DNA of 64,000 nucleotides from Octopus vulgaris (taxonomy: Eukaryota), in the NCBI GenBank assembly GCA_951406725.2, contig OX597816.1, positions 68,138,001 to 68,202,000 on the forward strand. Direction: 5' to 3'. This document shows, one piece after another, positions 22,184 through 38,295 of the stretch (position 1 is the stretch's first letter; every line of letters begins with the position of its first letter). A program made the translations under genes and the position numbers. The notes under the pieces were generated by a model. It was not told where the DNA came from and ran no database searches. It saw nothing but the letters and a program-made list of their open reading frames with translations.

Positions 22184-22991
22184 GTCTGGGGAAATTCATA
22201 TTGTCTTAATGCCTTATCATTTAACACACTCACTGGTTCGATTTCCATTCATTATTTTTATTTTTTATTCCAAAATTTTCGTTGCCTTTTGCAACCTTGC
22301 CAATGGAGGTTGACTGTGTCCGTTATATACATGTTTACATAAATTCACACCCACACATGTACACATGAATGCAAGCCAGGTTAGAAATCTATTTCCTTTT
22401 TTGCCGATCATTGTTTAATTAAATTTTTCTTTCGAACAATGCATACTTCGGAAGTTCCCAGATGCCATAGAGTTACAAAGAATTTGTGTACAGTACACTC
22501 TGTTAAAATTTTTGTAACTTCCCTTCAAGATTTATATACTTGCGTAACTCTGTCGACATTTTATGTGCGCTGTAGCATGTATACGCTAGATAGGAGAGCT
22601 AAAGCGTCTATCAAATGTTTAATTCAATGTGAGCATTGGGATATTTTGTGTATACGCGTATATATAAATACACGCACGCACACACACATGTATATACATA
22701 CGTGCTCATACACATATATACATGTATATATGTAGGTGTATATATACATATATATGTGTATATACATATATGTATACATATGTTAACACTTATTTTTATG
22801 TTCAGTTATAACAAAAAAATTTACATTAATCTGGTGAGATACGTTATGCTCGTAATTGCATTAAATTAATTTTAATAAAATTATTTCAGAAATGCAATAT
22901 TAGTGAAAAAACCCCTCCAAAACACTGAGAAGTGAGAAAAGAAAACTTTATCCATATAGATAAGTAAAAATAGGAATACATACATACATAT

Positions 22992-24185
22992 ATTTATTTT
23001 TTTTATTTATTTTATTTAGTTTCAGCTCACAAGCTGTGGCCATGCTGGGGCACCGCCATTTGGTGTTGCTACATGATTTTACTTCACGAATGCTTTTTAT
23101 AAAATGCCATCTGGTGCATGAGAGAGTTCGATGCAGCTGCCCTCATCAGCACCTCCTGCCATGATGTTGGTTCATCTGGGATACCTGACAAGAAGAGATC
23201 CAGTTTTATTTTAAAGACATCTGCATCCACCCCATGCAGGTCTCTTAGATTCTTCGGGAGGATATTGAAGAGCTGTGGGCCTCGGAAGCTCAGGCTATCA
23301 CAGTATCTTGTCCTACATTTTGATGGCAAATTTGGAGTCCTTGGCACTATGCAGTGGCGCCCAGTTCTGGCATTTGTGTAACTCTCGATGCCAAAGTTTG
23401 GGACAAGTCCTTCTAGGATCTTCCAGATGTATATTATGGCATATCTTTTTCGCCTACGCTCTAAGGAATAGAGTCTCAATCTCTTGAGTCTTTCCCAATA
23501 GCTTATATGCTGCACAGAGACTATCTTCTTTGTGTAGCTTCGTTGGATCGCCTCAAGTTCTGTGATTAACTTGACACTGGATGGTGACCATAGCTGAGAG
23601 CAATAGTCAAAGTGGCTTAGGACAAGTTTCCTCCAGAGGACCATCATGGTTTCCTGGTCTCTTGTTCTAAAGGTTCTAAGAATCCATCCGGTCAGCCGCC
23701 TACATTTCATTGCCAATTTAGCAACATGCACATGAAAGGTTGCATCATCACTCATGTAAATACCCAGGTCTCGCACTGATTGTGCCTCTGGGATTGCAAT
23801 TCCTCCAGGTCCAGTGTATTTTGGGTATTGCATTTAGTTTTGCATGCTGATAGTATAAAGCTTGAAACTTTTCAGCATTGAACTGCATGCTATTCTTTTC
23901 AGCCCACTTGTATATTTTGTCCAGCTCACATTGCAGGTGCTTAGTGTCTTCAGGGTTCTGTATTGCCTGTGAAACTTTTGTATCATCTGCATAACTTGTG
24001 ATCGTGGCTCCCTGCGTGACTGAGGGCATGTCTGAGAGGGCCATTATGAACAGTAGTAGTCCCAGAACAGTGCCTTGCGGAACACCGCTCACTATTTGCG
24101 TGTTAATGGAAGTGGCCCCATTGGCTACTACCACCTGACGTCTATCCTTCAGAAAGTCATGAAGCCATTCTCCCAATTTTCCAAC
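22992..24185 (-). mobile_element. 5'-truncated CR1-group LINE (RT C-half, one frameshift near 23830)
   Basis: SGVPQGTVLGLLLF, YADDTK, RDLG, DYCSQLWSP, LYSLERRR, then a short 3' UTR and (TAAA)n-like tail. Confidence 0.93.
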
Positions 24186-25016
24186 TATATATATATATAT
24201 ATGTAAAGTTAATCCAAACAAGAAAGCACAAAAAAAACACAACAACGCGAGGACGTGGAACAAATATAGTATTATTGGACGTGTGTGTGTGTACGATTAT
24301 ATATCATTCAACTACGGTAGTAGTTGAATAATATTCATATGGCCGCAGTTTACTCACACGCAGCATCTTTCAGAGCTAGTCGCTAATTCAATTCTTAACC
24401 AAATTGAAAAGTGTTAACATTTTTGAAGAGGACTGGTCCCTAGCCAAATTTTGGCATAAGAAATTGAGATTTGGTCCAGTAGAAGAAAATTTGTAGTAAC
24501 TTTATAAGACAGTAAGTAATGCAACCAATCAAGTTTAGATCTAAATAACTTTTTTTCTATCTTAAAAGCAAAATATATTTATCTTAGCTTCAATGATAGA
24601 AGAAAGCATGAAGAAGTGCATAGTTTTGGTGCCATGCAACAAACATTTGTATAAAAAAGTTGTGAGGTAAAATATCATGAAAAAATATAAGGACTGTTTT
24701 AACGAAGTCGCATCTTGTCATTGCCTTCGTAACGCGGAGTCATTGAAACAGGGATATCTGATGAAGGAGAATGTTGATTGTCTCGTTTCTCTGTTTTTAT
24801 TCGTTGTTCGAAAACAGTTCGTTTTCTATGTTTTTGTTTTTATGCTTTCGTTTCTCATTGTGTTCAACGATTTTTTTATGTCCTGTACCTATATATGCAT
24901 GTATATATACGTATATTTATCTAGGTATGTACATATATGTATGTATATATGCACATATTTATGTATTATTTATATTATATATATATGCATAGATTTATGT
25001 ATTATTTATATTATAT

Positions 25017-25055
<39 letters not shown>

Positions 25056-25571
25056 CTTATCTATTCTTTTCCTTTTTGTCTGCTCTTTTTCTTTTCAGAG
25101 AGATTATTTGGATAAATACTGCAAATTTCTTCTTGGTTGTATGTGTGTGTGTGTGAGAGAGAGAGAGCAGAAAGAGGAAAGAGAGTCTGTGTATGTGCAT
25201 GTGTGTGTGTGTGCATGTGTGTGTGTATGTATGTGTTAAGAAGGCAATAAGCATAAAAAGAAGACGTGGAAGAACAAGTTTTAAAAAAATGTGTTTGAAA
25301 TTTAAAAAAAGGGAACGGGTCGCGACGTTTCGGATATTAGTCCTTCATGAACAGACAGAATACGTAAAGGTTTGAGGTTAGGTGAGAATGCAGCTCAATG
25401 GGGGAGTTAAGAAGAGAGGTGGGGGCATTGTGATGTGTGCATGTGTAGAAGTGTCCCCATGTATATAGACAGAATGGGGACTTGTGTATATGTGTGGTGG
25501 TATTGTGTGCGTGTGGTTCTTGCTTTCTGTGGAAGTGTGTGAAAGTTTAGAACTATGATGGTATGTGTGTG

Positions 25572-25606
<35 letters not shown>

Positions 25607-25934
25607 CTTTGTCTCTTGGTACGTGTGTGTGTATATGTGTATGCGCGTGCGTGTGTATGTGTGTGTGCGTTTGTGTGGCTGTGTGCGTGTGTACATTTAT
25701 TCAGATATGTGTGGGAATCTTTCACCGATTTTTATGGACTTAGTTTGTGCCCCTAAACCAGAAAACTGGGAAAATTGGTGGTCCACGAAGGATGAATTCG
25801 ACATTCCCTTGTCGCGGCCGTCAACAGAAATTTAATGAAATAATCATGGATTTGTTGATGAGGTACAGCTAACGACGCTATTGATCACAAGTTGCGGTAT
25901 AAAATACATACAGTATTCCTTCAAATATTACCTG

Positions 25935-26350
25935 CAGCAGCACCACCAGCAGCACTCTCCCACCCGTACTCCCCCACAAGCACTGCCCCACCACCACCAC
26001 TACCTCCACCATCACCACGACGACGACCACTTTCAACGCCTCCACCAATACTATCACCGCCGCCACCCCACCACTACTGCTGCCAACGCCACCACCACAA
26101 CCGCTGCCGCTTCCAACACCGGCAACACCACCACCACCACTACCGACTCTACCATTACCATCATCATCATCATCAGTAGTATATCATCATATCCTCCTCT
26201 TCCCCACCTTCTCCTCGTCCTCCTCTTCGTCGTCGTCGTCCTCCTCCTCCTCCTCCTCCTCCTCCTCATCATCATCATCACAAAACTATCTTCATAACGA
26301 GCATCAACTGCAGCAGCTGCAGCAGCATACCCCCCCCCACCACCACCGGT
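25935..26350. repeat. Trinucleotide mosaic (CAC/CAT/CTC/GTC)
   Basis: Direct inspection. Confidence 0.8.
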
Positions 26351-26482
26351 AACGCACATTTAACCACAACACACCAGCTTCTTCGTAAACTATATCAGTT
26401 GCAGCTGCCAATATGAAACTCTGGTGCGCATCTGCGTGAGCCTGTGTGCATATAAGTGCATATATATATATATATATATGCG

Positions 26483-26525
<43 letters not shown>

Positions 26526-27076
26526 ACATCTGAATGCATAATTGTGAAATTTCGCGCCCGTGTGTATATATATAAGCTGCAGTATGTGTGAACATGTCAG
26601 CTTTTATATAATTATTAAGGTTTCCCTGAAGAATTCCTAATGTAGACACCCACTAGCATATTACATGTATAGTGTAGGGATTGACCTACTCACATACACA
26701 TATACATACGCGAGCGTCAGCGCACAAAATCACGCACACGCAAGTATACACATACATACACGCATCTATATAAATACATCTTACATTGAGTATTGAGTAC
26801 TTCTTCCGTATCTTCACCGACGAGTATGTCTGTGTGTCTGTGTATATGTGTGGTGGTGTGTGTGTGTGTGTGTGTGCGTGAGCATGTGTGTGCATTTAAG
26901 TATATACATATTTATATATATGCATATATCTTTTATACACGCACAAGTCAAAGGTTGACAGTGATTTCGAAGTTTCCACTTGTTTGCCTTCATCAGGTTA
27001 CGAACGTGAATGTTGTGAGTGTATATATTTTCTCTACTCTATACCATTTCCATATATATATATATATATATATATA

Positions 27077-27161
<85 letters not shown>

Positions 27162-27347
27162 GTCTATCTATCCATCTATCTATCTGTCTGTCTGCCTGTC
27201 TGCCTGTCAGTCAATCAGTCTCTCTGTTTGTCTATCCATCTTTCTGTCTGTTCAGTCTTTTTTCTTTTATATATTTTCCTCTTACAAATTGCAATCATGT
27301 TCTCAGTTAAAGATTTAACCCAAGCTTATAATGCAAAAAGAAGAATA

Positions 27348-27745
27348 TTTTCTACTCTAGGCGCAAGGCCCGAAATTTTTGGGGAGGGGGCCATTCGATT
27401 AGATCGACCCCAGTACGCAACTGGGACTTAATTTATCGACCCCGAAAGAATGAAAGACAAAGTCGACTTCGGCGGAATTTGAACTCAGAACGTAGCGGCC
27501 GATGAAGTACCTATTTCTTTACTACCCACAAGGAGCTAAACACAGAGAGAACAAACAAAGTCAGACAAACGGATTAAGTCGATTATATCGACCCCAGTGC
27601 GTAACTGGTACTTATTTAATCGACCCCGAAAAGATGAAAGACAAAGTCGACCTCGGCGGAATTTGAACTCAGAACGTAGCGGCAGACAAAATACTGCAAA
27701 GCATTTCGCCCGGCGTGCTAACGTTTCTGCCAGCTCGTCGCCTTA
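27348..27745 (-). mobile_element. Two adjacent or nested SINE family B copies
   Basis: GACCCCGAAA.ATGAAAGACAAAGTCGAC.TCGGCGGAATTTGAACTCAGAACG occurs twice. Confidence 0.9.
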
Positions 27746-29708
27746 TTTCGTCAAGAACATTAGCTGAGAAACAAAAGAAAGGTTAAAAGTGAGGAAATAC
27801 AAAGGACGGAAATCGGGTGTATCTCTTAAAACGACTGAGTATTAGAAGCGTGATGTTTTAGTTTTTGGGAAACGGCTGAGATTGAGGTATGGAATAGACC
27901 CTGGTATCGTATATTTTCGAGAGTATTATTCAATATCAGCTAAAATACGTTATATACAAAGTTAAATAAAGTTGGCAATTTTAAGCATTTGGCGTAATAA
28001 ATGCTTTAAAATATCTATAAATTATGAAGCGTTTTTGAGAATGAGGATACTATTTCCATTCAGAGTTGATATTTCCTTGTTCCCATAACACTTCAAAACT
28101 TTGAAATGTTTTAAACCGTTTATCATAGTAAATGATTGAAACTGCTAATCCGACGTCTTAAAAGTAATGCGTTTTCAAGGAAGAACATTAACCAGCGAGA
28201 TTTTTTTTCATCATATGAAAACTAACGTTTCAACTGATATCTCTCTGCTTAAACGTTTTCCAAATACTTATATCACCCGTATTTCTTTTAATATTATAAA
28301 TTCGCACTTCTTTGATAAATCCTTCTCTTTCGCCCCTGATAAGCCAGCTAGCTCAATTCTTTTAACCGCCCTTTTCTGTTTATGCTTTCTTCTCTCTCTT
28401 TCTCTCTCCTTCTTTATATACTGTATACTTATTTTCGCTTTTGCGTCACCGCTTTCTGTTTATTCAACATTATATATGCATTCTTTATACATTCAAATAT
28501 TCTAGACCATTTATTACACCAAATGCTTGAAATTGTGAATGAGCCATACTTCCCCTTATACACAATGTGTTTCAGAACAATTTCTTACGAGGAATTTACT
28601 TTGTCCAAGAACTGAAATAAGCTCATATAGTCTGATCGCTAGAAACTTTGATCAAGAACCGAAATTAGGTCATGGATCCCATGTCTTGGAACTAACACCG
28701 TGCAAAAACCCATACCAGCTTAAGTAGTTATTGAGGATGACTTCGAAGCTATCCTGTTTTAAGATCGACATTTTGGAAAAGTGCTGTCCACCGTATTCTC
28801 GTGTCTACCTACTTCAGTTAAGTGAGCGGCCTTGGTAGACGGAAAGCGCGAGAAAAAAAAAACAGCCTGATTTTGCGTGTAATTAATCTGGCGACAGATT
28901 GAAAATGACTAACATGCGTTTAATGGAGTCCACTTTGCTGCAAGCAAGCATTCAGGCCAGATGTCCAATCTGAATATCCTCTTTCTCCTACTAATCGCAG
29001 AACCTTTGAAAAAAATCATGGGTGCAGCAGCCTTTCATCCTCTGACTAACCAAAAAATAAGCACCACCACCACTAAAAGACGACTAAATATTTTCTCAAT
29101 TAAACACTATCTGTCCTACTAATATTGTTTGGATGAGAAAATATAATAGAGTGTAATGTGCTTTCAAGCAATTTGGAGCAACGATTGCTTTAACAAAGGC
29201 GAGGATGAAAATCATGAGTTAAATAATTATCATTAATTAGTCTTAATTTTTTATGATTCCTCTTTATATAATTTGTCAACTAATTGCTCAGCTCACCCCA
29301 TTCTAAAACCCATACTTCCCCACATCAAAATTCTTGTTTGTCACTCTCTTTTACAAACACCACTCCGTTGCAATTTTGTACACATTCATTAACTCACTTA
29401 CTCAGACTATTTCTAGCAAGCCCCCTATTAGTCACTAAATCTGCTGCTCTCCTGCCCCACTGTCTTAAAAACAGACCTAGAGAGCTGAAATTTTCACGTT
29501 GTAGCTTAGACATAGAGCTTTCCAAAAAGGTTTAGCATTCCAAGATCAGATGATGATCAAGATGTACGTAAATAATTAAATGAACAAATGAAATTAAACA
29601 TTAGTTTTTCAGTCGACTTACACTTTAATTACTGTACAACAAGTATGAAACGAATCAAAAAAGTATAGTATAGGTATCATGCTAAGATCAGATGATGATC
29701 AAAGGGTA

Positions 29709-31349
<1,641 letters not shown>

Positions 31350-31392
31350 GTGTGTGTGTATATACATATATATATATATATACACACACACA

Positions 31393-32420
31393 CATGGTCC
31401 GATGGTTAAATTGGCACCATTTTATAATTTTAGTTTTGCGCATTATTTGTTTTTGATTTTGTCGACTACAGTATAATATTAGTGTTAGTTGGGCACCGTT
31501 TGCGAGAAAATTGCACCATGATTCAATTCACTCTGCTAGAAATTAGGAAATTGTATACTGTATTGCTTGGCATTCGCGTCGGAAGCTCCTGTACGAACAT
31601 TTCAGAGTGTTTGGGTGTCAATCTGAGGACAGTGCAGGAGATTCGGAAAGAGTTGGATGAGTCTAATGCTGATTACGAAGGTACGGCAGCTCGGCAAACT
31701 CACTCTGATCGTTCTGATAAGAAAAGGACCCCTGAATTTGTTGGTGTGATTCAGTCCAATACAATCAGAGCCATCACCAGAACAACCGTCGGCTTGCCGT
31801 GTCTCTAAGACGAGAATGATAAAAATCAAACATCCAGTCAAAATCATGGTGTTTGGAGTAATCACTAGTGATAGCGACGTTATGCCTCCATTCATCTTCC
31901 CACACGGCCTCAGACTTAACACGGAGGCCTACGTCATGTGCCTGGAGGAGGTAGTGCTACCCTGAGTCAAGAGGGTGGCTGCTTGAAGACCCTATATCTA
32001 GCAACAAGACTTTGCACCATACCATACAATCAGGAGAACCCAATCATGGTTGTCAGACAATTTCTGCTACCACATTACCCCTAATATCTGGCCAGCTAAC
32101 TCCCCACACTGATTATTATGTGTGGGGCGCAGTTGAGCGAGAGACCAATAAAACTCCTTGTAACACCGAAGATGAATTGAAGACAAGGATTATGGCAGCA
32201 TTCACCAGTTTAAACAAAGAGACCGCCCAGAAGAGTTGCAGGAGATTCCGAAGTCGTCCGGGGCACGTGGTTAAAACCAAAAGTGATTTTATTGAATAAA
32301 TTTACTCTTTAGTATTTCAAAATATTTATGTAATTTTAGTAAATATATCTGTTAAAATGAGATGTCAGTGTTATTTTCATTTTTGCGTAATTTAGATGAC
32401 AATTTATTCACCGCACAAGT
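31393..32420 (+). mobile_element. Tc1/mariner transposon (maT/DD37D-like), internally deleted pseudogene
   Basis: KHPVKIMVFGVITSD..MPPFIF, QQD.APYHT, IWPANSP..DYYVWGAVE, IE*. Degenerate TIRs TAAATTGGCAC / TGACAATTTA. Confidence 0.88.
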
Positions 32421-33282
32421 GTGTATGTGTGTGCGCGGGGTGGGATTAAAAATTCAGATTATAAGTTTTTCTGTTGTTGCTTAAATCCCAACAATGGATC
32501 ACCTTTGAACTAAACAAACCCTTTACTTCATCATCACTATTCCATAAAATAAGTTTAAGCGGAGAAAAATATTGAAAAACATCAATATATGTCAGAGTAA
32601 CAAAGAAACGAGGAAGGTACCATGTAGTCGTGGGATGTGCTAGGAACAACAAGTAAATCTCCTTTCATCTGAAAATTAATTTGAAATCATAAAAGTATGA
32701 TTAATAAAAAAAAAATGAAAAAAGCCGAAATTTTATGATTTATATGGGACAGATTGATAAAAAAAATTATAAAAAATTCACCATTGTTTTACACATAATT
32801 TTTCTGTTTGAAAATAAAAGAAGTAGGTATTGTAATGGCGAATACCGACTTCTGAAAGAATATTTTTTTAACCGAAAGGCTTCTTCCAGCATTTTTAAGT
32901 GCGTAGTGCAGAAAAAAAAAAACTGGCCGAAATCGGCATTGAGTGGGGAAGGGGGCCTGAAAAAAAGAGTCAAGGTATTTATAAATATTAAACTGGCTAA
33001 AATCTATAGCTATACTCTGTAGTGCAATATATTGCACTCACCACTCAAAACAAACTTTGTACCAGTTGTTTATTAATCAAATTAATTGCCATTTATGCAT
33101 TAGAGTATGCAGATTTGGCTATCCAATTTATTTAAGCTTGCAATAATAGTTTGTGTTTAAGCAGTTTACTCTATAGAAAATTAATGAGGATAGTCACTTG
33201 TAGAAGAAATCCTAACAGAATTTATGCTTATCAAGTTGACCCTGCTTTCCATGTCCACAAAGTTATTGTATATAAAACATAT

Positions 33283-33885
33283 TTACTCTTTTACTTGTTT
33301 CAGTCATGTGACTGTGGCCATGCTGGAGCAACGCCTTTAGTCGAGCAAATCGACCCCAGGACTTATTCTTTGTAAGCCTAGTACTTATTCTATCAGTCTC
33401 TTTTGCCTAACCCATTAGCAATATCTGTACATACAGTGTTGGTTAAAAATATATAGATGTATTTTGTAGTAAGCTGTAGCTGTGAGATATTTCTTATTTC
33501 ATTTTTTTTACTCATTTCAGTCTTTGGACTGCGACTATGCTGGAGCACCAAATCGAAGTATTTCGTCGAACAAATTGAACCTAAACTTAAATTTTTTTAA
33601 AATCTGACACATACCCCATTGGACTCTTTTACTACACTATGGGACATAAACAAACCAACATCTGTTGTCAAACTCACACACACACACACACAAACACAAC
33701 CACGCAAACACACAATCACACACACATATGTACGATGGATTTCTACGCAGTTTCTGCCTACCAAATTCGCTAACAAGACATTGGTCGGCATGGGACTATA
33801 GTAGAAGTCACTTGCCCAAGGTGCTGCGCAGTGGAACTGAACGCGGTACCACGCTGGTGTAAAACGAGCTCCTTAAGTACACAGT
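33283..33885 (-). mobile_element. Two SINE family A copies (young tail fragment 33283-33410 plus an older diverged copy)
   Basis: Similar to 2500-2888. Confidence 0.8.
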
Positions 33886-34446
33886 AAAAAACAAAAAAAC
33901 AAAAATGAAATACATACTGAAATATATACACTATATGCTTTACTAAAAACTAAATTGCATTTGAGATACGGAGATATACTGAAAAGAAAAGCATATTACT
34001 TTTGCTTCCGTATATCAGCAATTTCTGTGCATTGGTATATACAAGCAGTTCTACATCTTTAGGATTCATTCTCTTTTATTTATTCTCTAACGAAGTATAA
34101 CGTTATCATAAATGTCTGTGAAGATTGGCTGTCAGGAAGACAATACAATAGAAAAGAGTCAGTATAAATAGTGTATGTTGTATATTTATCATTTAAGTGC
34201 GTAACATTACTATATTTTCGGGTGACTCTTCTTATTAACTGGCATGACGATAAGAAGCATGCCTCTAAACTACATGGTTTCAGGTTCGATTCCATTGTAT
34301 GGCACCTTGGACAAATACGTTCTGCTATAGTCCTGAACATAGCAAAACCTTATGTGTAGATTTGGTAGATATATAGATGGAATTTATAGAAAAACGAAAG
34401 ACGAAGATATGAACAAGCGAGTGCATTAGCGTGACGCTCGGGAAAA

Positions 34447-34486
<40 letters not shown>

Positions 34487-34489
<3 letters not shown>

Positions 34490-34790
34490 CACCGTGATCA
34501 CAGTGACCGACCAGGTTGTCAGATGTTTCTACACATCGCTGGTCACAATGCGCTTCGCATTGTTTTAGTCTTCAAATGACGCCACCCCGCTGGCTAAGCG
34601 AGCAGGCCAACAGAAGAAAGAGTGAGAGAAAGTTGTGGCGGAAGAGTACAGCAGGGATCGCAACCATCCCCTGCCGGAGCCTCGTGGAGCTTTAGGTGTT
34701 TTCGCTCAATAAACACTCGCAACGCCCAGTCTAGAAATCGAAACTGCGATCCTACACCGCGAGTCTGCCGCCCAAACCACTGGGCCATTA
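34487..34790 (-). mobile_element. SINE family C variant
   Basis: Shares GAAAGAGTGAGAGAAAGTTGTGGCG...GCCGGAGCC.CGTGGAGCTT with 3590-3670. Minus-strand head TGGCCCAGTGG. Confidence 0.8.
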
Positions 34791-35205
34791 CGACTACATA
34801 CACACACACACACATATACATACACACACACACATACACATACACACACACACACATATATATATATATATGCATGTATATTTTTATATATGTTCGTTTG
34901 TATACGTTCGTATATGTAAGTATATCGTATGTTGTATATATGTATATTTGTATTTATGTGCTTTTTGAATATATTCCACTGATGAATGCAGAATCAGAAA
35001 TCCAAGATCTGGAATTATCCAGTAATTTTTGCTAGTTTATTTTGTCTCTTCGTCTTCTCTCTCTCCTGCTGCTGTACGAACATTTAATGTAGTTTTAGAG
35101 TCAAGTTTTGACTGCTATTTCCAGCGTGGTGGTATCTCTTAGATACCCTAAATTATAATTTGAAGGTTTTTATTCCCATGCTGGTCACCTGATAAGATCG
35201 GTATT

Positions 35206-35310
<105 letters not shown>

Positions 35311-35896
35311 TTGTTATTATGCAAAACTTTCTGAAGTCCAAAACGTTGCTTTTTCAGAAAACGGAAAAAAAAAAAAAATAGTTTCACCATTCCATAGCAA
35401 AAACGTTGTTAGTAGACTTTGGCAATTCTTGATATCTTGGCATCTGAAGCAGCCGGAGATAGGATAGTTTGACCAAAAAGAACCGGCTATTGCAAGCAAA
35501 AATATATACTGAAAAAAACGCATTTGACCAAATTTGGATACACGACAGTTTAACATAATAACAACGATATATGTGTGTGTGTGTGTGTGTGTGTTCTTGT
35601 TCACCGCTTAACAACTGGTGTTGTTTATTTTATGGCTTTGTAACTAAGCGGGTAAACCAAAGAGACCGATAGAATAAGTACCATGCTTAGAAATAAGAAT
35701 TAGGGTTGATTCATTCGACTAAGACCTTCAAGGCAGTGTGCGGCTCAGCAAAAGTCCAGTGAATGAAACAAGGAAACGATAAACAATAAGAGATCTAATC
35801 CCCGAGTGTATGTATGTATTATGTATGTATGTATGTATGTATGTATGTATGTATGTATGTATGTATGTATGTATGTATGTATGATTGTATGTATGT

Positions 35897-36457
35897 CGAA
35901 TTATGTCAGGTCACTTTCGAGTGCTACTGGTAACGTGTAACCCAGTACAACCTGTTGCATAGTCGGATCGTCGGCGACTAAACCGGCAACCCCACCAAAC
36001 TTGCTTGGTGAGGAGGGTGTTTATTGGACACCCTGCGGAATGAAAAACAAAACCCGCCAAAGGGCGGAGGAACTCTTGAGAGTCAACGGCCATCCAATAA
36101 ATGTCTTAAGGCTGTATCATGTACGGGGACATAGAAATAATCGGACTGAATACCCGATCGCGCGGTTAAACCATTGGGAGTGAAGGACTCCTAGCCTTTG
36201 TTAGGGCATCCTTCTCGGAGAAGGTAACTCAGGTAACTGGGATAACTCCGACATAAAACCTGCGGCTCAGTGGTTACCGATGATGTTGACTTGTTCTGCT
36301 TTTCGGATTATGGCTGCTGTTGCTTAGTGAGTGGGATTGACTCAGTGCACAGCCTTTCTTCACTTTAAAAAAAATCTTCTTGCACAGGCATTGCACGATA
36401 ACGACATTGATTAAGCTTTGTGCACTGGCCATACTCGATAACGAGGGGGCAGCCACC
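35897..36457 (+). mobile_element. Short non-coding retroelement with RTE-5'UTR-like body, embedded in (TATG)n
   Basis: CTAAACCGGCAACCCC and GGGCATCCTTCTCGGAGAAGGTAACTC..ATAAAACCTGCG resemble RTE 5' UTR motifs. (TATG)n on both sides. Confidence 0.5.
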
Positions 36458-37144
36458 ATGTATGTATGTATGTATGTATGTATGTATGTATGTATGTATG
36501 TATGTATGTATGTATGTATGTATGTATGTATGTATGTATGCATGCATGTATGTATGTATGTATGTATGTATGCTTGTGTCTGTATGCTTGTGTCTGTGTA
36601 TGTGTGTGTGCGTGCGTGCGTGTACGCGTCTGTGCGCGTGCGTGCGTTTATGTGATGAGAATTGTAATCCTCTATTGAACTCGTTGATGCAACCAGCTAT
36701 TTTTTTTTTTTTTTTTTTTACAGTTGTACTCACAAGTGTGGGTGAAATCGAAAACAAATAACGTTTGGGAGTTTACAACAGTATCTGACGTCATAAGTCG
36801 TTCATGTCGTCGAGTGCCCTTCATTAAAGACCATATCAGAATGAGGTGGGCGGAAGCGGGGATGGATCCTTAAAGTTCATGGAAAGAATTGGGGTGACGT
36901 AGAACTGGGGCAATTTATTATTTCTGTTTAGAATTGCAGTGGTTGGATGCGACGAAAAATGCGAACTTGATTCACAGGAAGCTTAACCCTTTTCTTGTAC
37001 AGGGATTATAGTAGTAGTAGTAGTAGCAGCAGCAGCAGCAGTAGTAGTAGTGATGGGTGTGGTCGTAGAGATGCGGTTGGTGACATAATGCTGTGTGATG
37101 AGACAGAATAATTATTATAACTTCTTATGCTATATCTCCCTCTG

Positions 37145-37334
37145 TTTTCTTTGTTTCAGTCATTTGACTGCGGCCATGTTGGAGCACCACCTTTTGTCGA
37201 GCAAATCGACCCCAGGACTTATTCTTTGTAAGCCTAGTACTTATTCTATCGGTCTTTTTTGCCGAACCGCTAATGTTACGGGGACGAAAACACACCAGCA
37301 TCGGTTGTCAAGCAATGTTGGAGGGAGAAATACC

Positions 37335-37390
<56 letters not shown>

Positions 37391-37540
37391 TACATACAAC
37401 GGGCTTCTTTCAGTTTCCGTCTACCAAATCCACTCACAAGGCTTTAGTAGAAGACACTTGCCCAAGGTGCCACGCAGTGAGACTGAACCCGGAACCATGT
37501 GGTTGGTAAGCAAGCTACTTACCACACAGCCACTCCTGCA
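37145..37540 (-). mobile_element. SINE family A, full length
   Basis: High identity to 2500-2888. Confidence 0.9.
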
Positions 37541-37571
37541 TCTATTGTGTATTTTATTAAGTTTATGCAGC

Positions 37572-38200
37572 AAGGCAACGAGCTGGCTGAATCGTTGACA
37601 CGCTGGGCAAAATGTTTAGTGGCATTTCGTTCGTCTTTACATTCTGAGTTCAAATCCCGCCGAGGTCGACATCTCCTTTCATCCTTTCTATGGGGTCTAT
37701 ATAATCAACTCGCCCTTCTCCATAAAAAGTGTTGATTCTGTTCCAGATTTGAATCCAATAATTTTAAGCAACAAAAGGCGGCGAACTTGTTGAATCGTTA
37801 GCACGCCGAACGAATTGCTTAGCGGCATTTTTTTCGGGCTTTATGATCCGAGTTCAAATTCCGCCGAGGTCGACTTTGTCGTTTATCTCTTCCAGTGGGG
37901 GATAAAATAAGTACCAGTTGAGCTCAGGGGTCAATGTAATCGATGAGATCTTTTCCCCAATGATTTCAGGCTTTGTGGCTATAATAGAAAGAATAATTAA
38001 AGGCGGCGACAGACAAAATGCTTAGCGGAATCTTTTTGCATTTCTTCGGACTTTACAGTGAATTTAAATTCCGGCGGGTTGACTTTGCTTTTCATCCTTT
38101 AGGACTTGATACACAAGAACCAGCTGCGAACTGGGGTCTATGTAATCGATTACTTCTTCCTCTCCAAAATTGCAGGTCTTGTGCCTGTAGTAGAAAGGAC
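37572..38200 (+). mobile_element. Three tandem diverged SINE family B copies
   Basis: AAGGC(G/A)(G/A)CGA heads at about 37572, 37776 and 38000, each followed by GAGTTCAAAT.CCGCCGAGGTCGAC-like sequence. Confidence 0.8.
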
Positions 38201-38295
38201 CAATGTTATATGGCAACAATAGCGCTGTTGGTTACAGGACTCCCTCGAGTCACTCTCTAATTCACTGCATTCTCGATGCCGAGGACTACAACGGA

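Noticed and set aside
25881-26359. His-, Thr- or Arg-rich ORFs
   Set aside because: Trinucleotide mosaic open in several frames on both strands, with no splice signals or unique coding segment.
28500-28740. Faint mariner-like SDY motif on the minus strand
   Set aside because: Too degenerate to support.
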